NCBI GenBank assembly: GCA_000388065.2
Contig: KB932214.1
DNA length: 15,317 nucleotides
From: Fonticula alba ATCC 38817
Taxonomy: Eukaryota > Protista > Nucleariida
Strand: one strand, 5' to 3'
Part shown: positions 1 through 9,490 of the stretch, in pieces
Numbering within the stretch: the first letter of the stretch is position 1
Layout of the letters: each line of letters opens with the position of its first letter
Program-made: the position numbers and the translations under genes
The notes under the pieces: model-generated
The model's database searches: none
The model's input: the letters and a program-made list of their open reading frames with translations, nothing else
What the model was told of the DNA's origin: nothing

Positions 1-19
1 GAGAGAGAGAGAGAGAGAG
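1..19. repeat. (GA)n microsatellite in WASHC5 intron 7, truncated by the window edge
   Basis: Direct reading. Confidence 0.9.
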
Positions 20-37
20 GAGGGGGAGGGGGCGCAC

Positions 38-1079
38 GCAGCAGCAGCCAGCGAATGGTGACATTGCAGTCGCGAAGGTGGTTCAGCAGCTGGCTCGAGT
101 TGTCCAGGATGTAATTCTCGCTGAGGGTGCCCTACATGGTACACGGGCGCCGCCGACGGGAGCAGGGACACATGGCCGAGTGTGAGAAGCCAGCGGCGGC
201 GGCGGCGGTGGCGGCGGCGGCGGGGCAGAGCGAGGCAGGACCGCGAGGAGAGGGGCCAAGGGCCCACCGGGTCACAGGGGGGGGGGGGGGGGCGAAATGC
301 CGGGCGCACCTCGCTCAGGTACTGCTCGGTGATGCGGTTGAGCTTCTCCACCGAGGACCCATAGATCTTGGCCTCGCGAACGATGTGCTCCTGCTTCAGG
401 GTGTCCAGCAGGACGCTGGACGCGGCCTTGTACGGCTGCCAGGCCTCGGTCAGGTCGGCCGAGATGCCCATGTGGTAGGGGATGACCCAGTCCCGGGGGA
501 AGTGCTTGGTGATGATCTCGCGCATCTTGATGTGGTCGGTGTTCAGGATCCCCGGCGCGAAGTACAGGATCACATACATCATGGCCGCCTGGGCCGACAG
601 GGCGGCCGACCGATGCTCCGGGCGCTGGTAGTGCAGCGTCGCCGTGTTGTAGATGTCCTCCAGGCAGAGGCGCTCGATGGCGAAGGAGACATAATCCACC
701 GGGATGCGCTGGCTGCGGGTGATGGGCCACGGCGGCGCCGGCCGCGAAATGGGGCAGAGGCGGAGAGGGAGAGAGAGAGAGAGAGGGAGAGGGAGAGGGA
801 GAGCCCGGCAGGGGGAGGCGGGCGTCAGCAGGGGATGTGGAAGGGGGCGACTCGCCCGCGGCGGGCGACTTGGGCAAGACCCCTCCCCGCCGCCCCCCGG
901 CCGCCGCCATCGGCCAGGAGGGCAGGAGGGAAGGCGACGTACCGCGCGAAGAAGGCCTCCGGGTAGTTGTCCGGGCGCTTGGCCTTCGGATCCGGCAGGT
1001 AGCCGGTTGACTGGAGGAGCTGGCAAACGGACACCATGTTGGACACGGCCACCTGGTCGGACTGCAGACATGTCGGCAG

Positions 1080-1116
<37 letters not shown>

Positions 1117-2198
1117 AGGCGGGGGGGGGGAAGGCCCCGGGGGAGGGCCCCGGGGGGCGGGGGCCATGCGCGCTGCACGTACCTGGTAGCGGTGGTACGC
1201 GATGAGCAAACGCTCGCGGATGGGGCCCTCAATCAGCTGGTCGATCAGAAGCAGCATGCAGCCATACAGGTAGAGAGCCTCCACCAGCAGCTGGCGACCC
1301 TTGAAGTCGATCATCATGGTCTGTGGATGGCCGGCGTCGGCAGGCAGCGGGCAGCGGGCAGCGGGCAGCGGGCAGCGGGCCAGCAGGAGCCCAAGTGCAT
1401 GGTTAGCTCCCTCGCATGTGGGACGCAAAAGGGGGAAAGGAGGTGGGGCGGGCTGGTTTGGCGGGCGCAGGGCGGGCGCACCTCCAGAGACTGGTGCACG
1501 AAGACGCCATCCTGCAGGTCGGTGATGACATTGACCAGATCGTCGGAGTACTTGTAGATGGACTCGAACAGCAGATAGAAGCGCTGGACAATGTCGAAGA
1601 GGGAGTCCCGCAGGGAGGCATCGCGCTCGAGCAGCTCCTGCACGCGCGAGCGCCGGGGGACATGGCGAGGCCAGGACAGGGTGGTCAGCGGTGGCGACAG
1701 GGGAGCCGTGGGGCCGGACCGCGCGGGAGATCAACTGCGGGAGGGGGGGGGAGACGGTCATCAAGGTGGGGGGGGGCGGTGCGCACGGGATCCGATTGGA
1801 TGCGCTTCTCGCAGAGCTCGCTCGTGGAGAGGTACGTGAAGTCCGGGAAGAGGATGGCCAGCTGCCGGGCGGTGGACGGGTTGAAGCGGAACTGCGGAGG
1901 GATGTAGTCCGCGAGGCGGTGCAGCTCGGCGATGATGGCTGGCGGGCGGGCGGGCGGGCGGGCAGGGGGGAGGGAGGTGTGAGTGACGAAGGTACGTGGC
2001 ATGCGGAGGCGCCGGAGGAGGGGGAGGAGAAGACGTGAGGCGCGGCCAGATGCGTGAGCATGCTCCCCCTCTCTCTCTCTCTCGCCCTCTCGCTCTCTGT
2101 CGCCATGTCTTGCGTGCGTGCGCACCATTGCCACGACTGCACAGGGTGAGGATCACCCGGCCAGCATCGTTACTGGAGGAGCTGTCGGCGCCGGACAT
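38..2198 (-). CDS. WASHC5: WASH complex subunit 5 (strumpellin), 5' part; gene continues beyond the left edge
   Basis: Exons (minus strand): 2126-2198, 1787-1938, 1482-1637, 1183-1320, 943-1061, 310-712, 38-131. All introns are GT..AG and phases are consistent. The spliced product reads [132 protein letters not shown]. This matches recalled strumpellin motifs (GNAIIAELLRL, EALYLYGVMLL, RPSNYPESYF, LRDCNVAIRWLML). A seventh donor (GTGCGC) is at 37. Confidence 0.93.
1082..1111. repeat. G30 homopolymer in WASHC5 intron 4 (poly-C on the transcript)
   Basis: Direct reading. Other long G or C runs occur near 277-292, 4267-4289, 7711-7728 and 14767-14785, and from about 14927. Confidence 0.9.
1344..1378. 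repeat. (GCAGCGG)5 heptamer tandem repeat in WASHC5 intron 3
   Basis: Five exact copies starting at 1344, 1351, 1358, 1365 and 1372. Confidence 0.92.
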
Positions 2199-2314
2199 GG
2201 CGGGCTAAGGACACGCGGTTGGGGGGGGAGGAGGGAAGGAGTCGTCGGGTGCCAGATCGTCCGATCCCGGCAAACAGGCCAGCGCAGCTGGGGCCAGCAG
2301 GGACAGAAGGGGCG

Positions 2315-2428
2315 NNNNNNNNNNNNNNNNNNNNNNNNNNNNNNNNNNNNNNNNNNNNNNNNNNNNNNNNNNNNNNNNNNNNNNNNNNNNNNNNNNNNNN
2401 NNNNNNNNNNNNNNNNNNNNNNNNNNNN
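2315..2428. other. Assembly gap (N)
   Basis: Run of N. Confidence 1.
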
Positions 2429-3224
2429 GTGGGAGGGGGGGGGAGGGGGGGCACAGGAGGGGGGGCGCTAGCGGGCGCCCCTTCCCGGCGCGCGTTGGCG
2501 GACCCGGCGCCCAAAAGGCTGATCGCGGGCCTGGCGTGCTCGAGCGCCGGGTCGGGCCCAAGCTCCGGGCCGGGCCGGGCCGGGGCAGCGCGGCGGCGGC
2601 GGCGGCGGCGGCGGTCACACCTCCTCGGGGGTATTGTTTACCTGACCCTGGTTGCCACCTCCGAGCCCTCCGCGAGAAAGGGAGACGCAGGGGCAGGCTG
2701 GTGGCCGGGAGCGCGCGGGTCCGGCCGGGAGAAGAGTCGGCCGAGGGCCCGGCGCACTGGCCGATGCATGCCGCCTCTCTGTGGTTGGGGCCCGCCGGCC
2801 AGCCGAACCGAGGGGAGGGGGGGCACGGCAGCCGCGAATATGGGGCCGCGGGAGAATCACAATAACAATGGGATCCGGGCGCGGCCGTCCCTTGAACGCG
2901 GCGCCGGTCCGGGAGCCGCACTTCTGGGGGGCGGGGGGTGGGGGGGGGGGCGGAACAGGGCGCACTCTCACAACACAACACCCACACATACACACACACG
3001 TACCAGTTCCGGGCGGTCTGGGCGTGCGATATGCGCGAGGCGCCCTGACTGAAGATGGAGAACCGGGAGGGTCAGCTGGCCGGCCGTGGTCCTGCGTGAT
3101 CGGCGAATGGTATTTCTACGCGGTGCCATGTGACGCGCTGCCCGCGCGTTGAGCCTCCGTGGCGGATCGTCCTCCCTCCGGCAGGGGGTGGCCAGCCTGT
3201 GCGGGTCAGCCCGGGGGGGGGGGG

Positions 3225-3829
3225 NNNNNNNNNNNNNNNNNNNNNNNNNNNNNNNNNNNNNNNNNNNNNNNNNNNNNNNNNNNNNNNNNNNNNNNNNNNN
3301 NNNNNNNNNNNNNNNNNNNNNNNNNNNNNNNNNNNNNNNNNNNNNNNNNNNNNNNNNNNNNNNNNNNNNNNNNNNNNNNNNNNNNNNNNNNNNNNNNNNN
3401 NNNNNNNNNNNNNNNNNNNNNNNNNNNNNNNNNNNNNNNNNNNNNNNNNNNNNNNNNNNNNNNNNNNNNNNNNNNNNNNNNNNNNNNNNNNNNNNNNNNN
3501 NNNNNNNNNNNNNNNNNNNNNNNNNNNNNNNNNNNNNNNNNNNNNNNNNNNNNNNNNNNNNNNNNNNNNNNNNNNNNNNNNNNNNNNNNNNNNNNNNNNN
3601 NNNNNNNNNNNNNNNNNNNNNNNNNNNNNNNNNNNNNNNNNNNNNNNNNNNNNNNNNNNNNNNNNNNNNNNNNNNNNNNNNNNNNNNNNNNNNNNNNNNN
3701 NNNNNNNNNNNNNNNNNNNNNNNNNNNNNNNNNNNNNNNNNNNNNNNNNNNNNNNNNNNNNNNNNNNNNNNNNNNNNNNNNNNNNNNNNNNNNNNNNNNN
3801 NNNNNNNNNNNNNNNNNNNNNNNNNNNNN
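3225..3829. other. Assembly gap (N), probably covering the divergent WASHC5/PNO1 promoter
   Basis: Run of N flanked by a G run and a C-rich stretch. Confidence 1.
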
Positions 3830-3899
3830 CCCCCTCTCCCCCCTCTCGCCTCTTTTGTCCCCCTCCCCCGCCCGCACCCCGCCCAGCACACAGTCCACC

Positions 3900-5090
3900 A
3901 TGGAGATCGACGACGTCCAGCTCGACCTTGAATCGCTGAACTACGCGGCCACCCACGACGGTGGCGAGTTCGAGGACGACGGGTCCGCCGGCGTGGCGGC
4001 CATCGACCCGGAGATCGCCGGTGCCGGTGCCTCGGTGCCCTCCTTCCGCCCGCTGACGGCCGGGGAGATCAGCGGCGGCAAGCGCGAGTCCCGCAAGATC
4101 CCGGTCCCCGGGCATCGCTTCACCCCGCTCAAGGACAACTGGATGAAGATTTACACCCCGCTGGTGGAGCACATGATGCTCCAGGTCCGGATGAACCTGC
4201 GCAGCCGTCGCGTTGAGATTCGCGTGCGTACACCAGCCGCGCCCGCCCGGCCCCCCTCCTGGGCGCCTGTCTGTCCTCCCCCCCCCCCCCCCCCCCCCCC
4301 GGCCCCAGGGCCTGTGGGGGGGGGGGACTACGCCTGTGAGACCCTGTCGTCGCCTCCCTGCACCATATCATGTACTGACTGGCCGCTTGGGCGCCTCCCT
4401 TCGCCGGGCCTGCCGCAGACCTGCGAGGCCACCAACGACCCGGGCGCCATCCAGAAGGGCGCGGACTTCCTGCGTGCCTTCATGCTCGGCTTCGACGTCG
4501 AGGTATGTCGGTGCCCTCCTTTGCCTCCTGCCCTGCCCCGCGGTCTGCTAACATGAGTTCCGGCCCCTCGGTGCGCCACAGGACGCCATGGCCCTCCTCC
4601 GTATGGATGACCTGTACATTGATAGCTTCGAGATGAAGGATGGTATGTGTGCCGCGCACCGGTGCCGGGTCCCCTGCTCTTGGTGCCATGCGCCCCCTCA
4701 CGTGGCGCTGCCCGCCCGCCTTCCCTGTCCTCTGACGTGTCCGGTTCCCCTCCTCCTCTCTCTCCCTCCCTCCTCCTCTCTCTGTGGCCCCTCTGTCGTC
4801 GCCGCCGCCGCCGCCGCCCCTGCTCGCCTCCAGTCAAGACCCTCAACGGCGACCACCTCGGTCGCGCGGTCGGCCGTGTGGCCGGCCACGGCGGCCGCAC
4901 CAAGTTCACCATCGAGAACACCACCCGCACGCGCATTGTCCTGGCCGAGACGCACATCCACATTCTCGGGACTTTCCAGAACATCGCCGTTGCTCGCGAT
5001 GCCATCGTCAGCCTGATTCTCGGCTCGCCCCCGGGCAAGGTGTACAACCACCTGCGCGCCGTGTCCACCCGCCTGCAGGAGCGCTTCTAG
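3900..5090 (+). CDS. PNO1: Pre-rRNA-processing KH-domain protein PNO1/DIM2 (241 aa as modelled)
   Basis: Exons 3900-4223, 4419-4502, 4582-4642, 4834-5090 (TAG); 726 nt in frame. Motifs: RKIPVPGHRFTPLKDNWMKIYTPLVEH, IQKGADFLRAFMLGFDVEDAMALLRMDDLYIDSF, DHLGRAVGRVAG.GGRTKFTIENTTRTRIVL, LILGSPPGKVYNHLRAVSTRLQERF. An extra upstream exon inside the gap 3225-3829 cannot be excluded. Confidence 0.95.
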
Positions 5091-5740
5091 GCGCAATGTG
5101 TGGCCGAAAGAAGAAGAAGAAGAAAGAAGGCCACCGGGGCGGCCGGCGAGAAGGCGCCGGAGGGCCGGATCGTGTATGTGTGTCTGTGTGCGCGCCCGTG
5201 CTGCCATCATATGCGCCCTCCACTTTGATTCACCTGTCCTTGATGCCGGTGGCAGCGCGCCGGGCGTGCTCCGCCCCGTCTCCTCCTCCCCCCAAACACA
5301 CACACACACACGCACACACACACACATGTCTTGTGCATATGCATGCATCCCCATATGCCGTCCACACGCGCGGGTGTGAGAGCGAGCCCTGCACGGCGCG
5401 TGCCTCTCCACCCGGGCTCCTCCTCTCTGTACCAGTAATATATGAATTTCCCTCCTGCCGAGACGGGGGTAGTGCCGCGCCCGGTGCCAGCAAAAAAAAA
5501 AAAAAGGGGCGGCGATCGTCTGCGCCACCCGGGTGTGTTCACGCAACAGCGCCGGGCGGCGGCGGGGCACTCTGCCCCGCTCCCCCGGGCAGGGGCGCCG
5601 GGGAGGGGGGGGCGGACCCGGGCGGGGGGCCCGTGCGGCCGAACGTTGGAATGTTCTAGCCTGCCGACTGACCGCCGAAGTACCAACTCTCGGGGCTTGC
5701 GTCGGGACCTGGGCCCTGGGTGCGGCCGCCTGGGGGGGCG

Positions 5741-5790
5741 ACAGAAGGACGCAGAAGGACGCAGAAAGACGCAGAAAGGCGCGGGAAGGC
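5741..5790. repeat. Degenerate 10-bp tandem repeat (consensus GCAGAARGRC, about 5 units) upstream of TAP42
   Basis: acagaaggac / gcagaaggac / gcagaaagac / gcagaaaggc / gcgggaaggc. Confidence 0.8.
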
Positions 5791-6077
5791 ACGGCGAGAT
5801 CGGCGGGGGCCTCCCCCGAAGGCCGGGGCACGCCGATGGGCGGGCCGACCCCCAGGGGCCGGGGGGGAAATGGGTCGCTCGCCGTGGCAGCAGGGCGCCC
5901 TGCCGGGCCCTCTTTTCAGCGGCCCCGGGCCTGGCAGGGCACCGGGAGCCCTGCACGTTCACCTCCCCTTCCGCACCCCCCCGCCCCCCCTGAGCCCCTC
6001 TTCTTTTCTCGCTCCTTCCGCCCCCCCCCCTTTTTCCTCGCATCTACGCCCCTCCCCTCCCCCCCCCCCCTCCCGAC

Positions 6078-7686
6078 ATGTCCTCTCTCGACACCCTCTC
6101 CAGCGACCTCGAGAGTAGCCTGAGTCTGCTGGGCCGCGCGCGCCATGCCGTGGCCGCCTGGCGCTTTGTGGAGTTCTTCGACGGCGACTCCGGCAGCCCG
6201 GAGCACATGGTGCGTTGCCTGTCACTTGCTCGGGTCTCACGCGGCGGCGCAGCCATTCGCTAACCACCGAGAGGGACGGCGGCGGCGGCGGGTCTCCTGA
6301 CGCACCCAGCCGAAACTCCGGAATGCGGCGGAGTTTGCCTCGCGGCTGTGGGCCGCAATCGAGGCATCCGACGTGCTGCCCAATGTCCTGGACGCCGAGC
6401 CGCTGGAAAGCTGGGGCACCACGGACCTGCTGCTGCTCCTGACGCCGGCCATCGCCGCGGACCTGTGGATGCAGTACTACCCGCCGATGAAGGCCTCCTC
6501 CTCGGCGGAGGACGAGGCGGCCAGCCAGTCGCAAGCCGAGGGATCGGGCACGCGCCCGGTCCCGGCCATGCTGGAGAATGTGGGCGCGCGGCTGGCGGCC
6601 ATGGCCGCCTGCCTGCGGCACTTGAACTACTTTGTCGAGCGCATTGAAACCCTGCAGGGCAGCGAATTGGCGGAGGCCCTGGCCGAGGCCGGCGTCGAGG
6701 ATGAGGCCACCGGCGATGGGTGTCTCCTGTCGCCGCGGGCCCTGGGCACGTACATGCGCACGGTGCGCGAGGTGCAGGCCGCCGGCCGGCGGCTGACCGA
6801 CGCGGTGGCCGCCTCGCCGGCCGGCGCGTGTCTCGACTTCCCGGTGGCCCTGCCGAATGTCTTCGATGTGGAGGCGGCCTCGGGGGATGGCCCGGCCCCG
6901 GGGGCAGTTGCCCTGGCGGCCGGTCTGCCGGCCGGGGCCGGCCCCGGGTCGCCGGCCATGGCGGCCGCCGAGGAGGAGCGCCGCCGGCGGATTGCCCTGT
7001 ACAAGCGGAACAAGGCCCTGACCGGGCGCATCGAGCAGCTGGCCGGCATGCTGTTCCCGAGTGCCGGGGCGGAGCGCGCGGCCGCGGCCACGGTGGCCGG
7101 GGGCGCGGGGGCGGCCAACGCCGCGGCCGCCGCGGCCGCCGCGGCCGCCGCCCATGTGGGCGCCGGCGACGATGCCGAGGATGTCCTCGGCCAGGATGCC
7201 GACGAGTCGACGCTCCGGTCGTTCCTGCTGGCTACATTGGCGCTGCTGGCGCCGCGGGCTCTGGCGCACGCGCGCGCCGTGGCCGACGAGCTGCCGATGC
7301 TGACCTCGCGCGCGGTGCACGCGGCCACCGGGGTGGACCCGCGGGTGGCGGCTGCCGCGCGGGCCCCGCCGCTGCGCACCCCGGTCCGCCTGATGCCGGA
7401 CAATCCCCACCGGCGGGCCGCCCTGCAGGAGCAGGTCTTCCGCCCGGGGCACCGCCTGCCGACCATGACCATCTCCGAGTACCTGGATCGCGAGGCCCAG
7501 CGCGGGGGCCACATCTCCGGTGGCGGCCCGGAGGGGGATGCCCGTGCGGCGCGCGAGGCCGAGGAGAAGCTCCAGCTCGAGGGGACCGATGCCTACGAGG
7601 ATGCGGCCCGGCTGAAGGCCATCGAAAGCGACAAGTTCACCGACTACAACAAGCGCGGCTCCGGCAACACCTACAACCGGAGCTAG
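6078..7686 (+). CDS. TAP42: TAP42/alpha4 (IGBP1) family PP2A-type phosphatase regulator (502 aa as modelled)
   Basis: Exon 1 6078-6209, intron 6210-6309 (GTGCGT..GCTAAC..CAG, phase 0), exon 2 6310-7686 (TAG). Family-like motifs: EPLESWGTTDLLLLLTP, RRRRIALYKRNK, LQEQVFRPGHRLPTMTISEYLDRE and the C-terminal DKFTDYNKRGSGNTYNRS (compare RGxGNxxNxG). Confidence 0.88.
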
Positions 7687-7865
7687 TGGCGGCGAGGCCG
7701 GGGGGTGGGGGGGGGGGGGGGGGGGGGGCCCGGGCATGCGCCCCGGCCCCGCAAGCGATCCGCCCCAGGGGAAGTGACCACCCGGTCCGAGAGGCCTCCC
7801 TGGTGCCGGCGTCTCTCCGCCTCCAGGTCCCGCGGGGCGCCGGGCGGTCGGCCGGCGCCCTGCCC

Positions 7866-8146
7866 NNNNNNNNNNNNNNNNNNNNNNNNNNNNNNNNNNN
7901 NNNNNNNNNNNNNNNNNNNNNNNNNNNNNNNNNNNNNNNNNNNNNNNNNNNNNNNNNNNNNNNNNNNNNNNNNNNNNNNNNNNNNNNNNNNNNNNNNNNN
8001 NNNNNNNNNNNNNNNNNNNNNNNNNNNNNNNNNNNNNNNNNNNNNNNNNNNNNNNNNNNNNNNNNNNNNNNNNNNNNNNNNNNNNNNNNNNNNNNNNNNN
8101 NNNNNNNNNNNNNNNNNNNNNNNNNNNNNNNNNNNNNNNNNNNNNN
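7866..8146. other. Assembly gap (N)
   Basis: Run of N. Confidence 1.
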
Positions 8147-8522
8147 CGACCCAGGCCCAAGCCGTCGTTGGTCCGCCTCCGGGTGAGCGGGCGCCCTGGG
8201 CAGGGGGGGGCGAGGCCGGGGGGTGGGGGGGGGGGTGGGGGCGAGGCATGTGCATGTGCCCCGGCGACTCGCACGCAGCCTTCCGCTCTTCCTCTCCCCC
8301 CCCCCCCTCTCCCGCTCTCCTCCCCCACCGCGGAGGCCCTGGTCGACAGCGCATGGCCGTGAGCTTCCTTGCTCCGCGCCCCCCTCGCCCTCACTGCGGA
8401 TGTGCTCGCTGCGAGGCCGCCTGCATGGTCAGAATACACTGTTTCTCATCGCGCCCCACCTGGCTTGGAAGCGCGCGAGCGCATGGAGGGAGGGGGGGAC
8501 AAGCATGCCCGGGCCGGCCCTC

Positions 8523-8554
8523 GGGCGGGCGGGCGGGCGGGCGGGCGGGCGGGC
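8523..8554. repeat. (GGGC)8 tetranucleotide repeat
   Basis: Direct reading. A shorter array of the same type lies in WASHC5 intron 1 near 1941-1962. Confidence 0.9.
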
Positions 8555-8735
8555 GGCGATCGGCGCCTGGGGGCGGCGCATGCTCCCAACGGATTGATCG
8601 GGCAAAATCGCGCGTTTTGGCTGCCCCCGCCCCCCGGCCGAAACATCGACGCAGCGGGGAAAGAACGAGAGGGAGGGGCCGGCGCCCGAGGCGGCTGCCG
8701 ACAGCAGCGCCGTTTCCCTGGCGGTCCCCCCCCCC

Positions 8736-9335
8736 NNNNNNNNNNNNNNNNNNNNNNNNNNNNNNNNNNNNNNNNNNNNNNNNNNNNNNNNNNNNNNNNN
8801 NNNNNNNNNNNNNNNNNNNNNNNNNNNNNNNNNNNNNNNNNNNNNNNNNNNNNNNNNNNNNNNNNNNNNNNNNNNNNNNNNNNNNNNNNNNNNNNNNNNN
8901 NNNNNNNNNNNNNNNNNNNNNNNNNNNNNNNNNNNNNNNNNNNNNNNNNNNNNNNNNNNNNNNNNNNNNNNNNNNNNNNNNNNNNNNNNNNNNNNNNNNN
9001 NNNNNNNNNNNNNNNNNNNNNNNNNNNNNNNNNNNNNNNNNNNNNNNNNNNNNNNNNNNNNNNNNNNNNNNNNNNNNNNNNNNNNNNNNNNNNNNNNNNN
9101 NNNNNNNNNNNNNNNNNNNNNNNNNNNNNNNNNNNNNNNNNNNNNNNNNNNNNNNNNNNNNNNNNNNNNNNNNNNNNNNNNNNNNNNNNNNNNNNNNNNN
9201 NNNNNNNNNNNNNNNNNNNNNNNNNNNNNNNNNNNNNNNNNNNNNNNNNNNNNNNNNNNNNNNNNNNNNNNNNNNNNNNNNNNNNNNNNNNNNNNNNNNN
9301 NNNNNNNNNNNNNNNNNNNNNNNNNNNNNNNNNNN
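8736..9335. other. Assembly gap (N); may hide the first PIGH exon
   Basis: Run of N flanked by poly-C and (CA)n. Confidence 1.
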
Positions 9336-9380
9336 CACACACACACGCACGCACACACGCACGCACGCACACACGCACGC
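9336..9380. repeat. (CA)n/(CACG)n compound microsatellite at the gap edge
   Basis: Direct reading. Confidence 0.85.
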
Positions 9381-9490
9381 ATCGTGGCACATCGCCGCCA
9401 CCGCTCGTCGCAAACGTGGGATCCCCACGAGCCGCGCCCCCCCCTTCCGGGGAGCCCCGCCGGCCGGGCAGCTGGACCGGCCCGTGCCAG

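Noticed and set aside
3213-3840. G/C runs bordering the N gaps as element termini
   Set aside because: These are more simply sequencing or assembly drop-outs at homopolymers and microsatellites; no terminal repeats, target-site duplications or transposase sequence are visible.
5641-5659. Heat-shock-element-like GAACGTTGGAATGTTCTAG
   Set aside because: Only two correctly spaced nGAAn units are present; a functional element normally needs three.
7121-7152. Tandem GCGGCCGC palindromes suggesting a hairpin element
   Set aside because: They are explained by GCC/GCG codons of the TAP42 poly-Ala run.
5959-8439. 826-aa minus-strand ORF and other overlapping ORFs across TAP42 and the gaps
   Set aside because: They are antisense to TAP42 or run through N gaps. 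Stop codons are rare at this GC content.
8445-8452. PAC-like motif (GCGATGAG on the minus strand)
   Set aside because: The same octamer also occurs inside a WASHC5 exon near 1199, and it is more than 4 kb from the PNO1 start; consistent with chance.
9394-9402. Perfect Kozak-like GCCGCCACC upstream of PIGH
   Set aside because: It is followed by GCT, not ATG, and is out of frame with PIGH.
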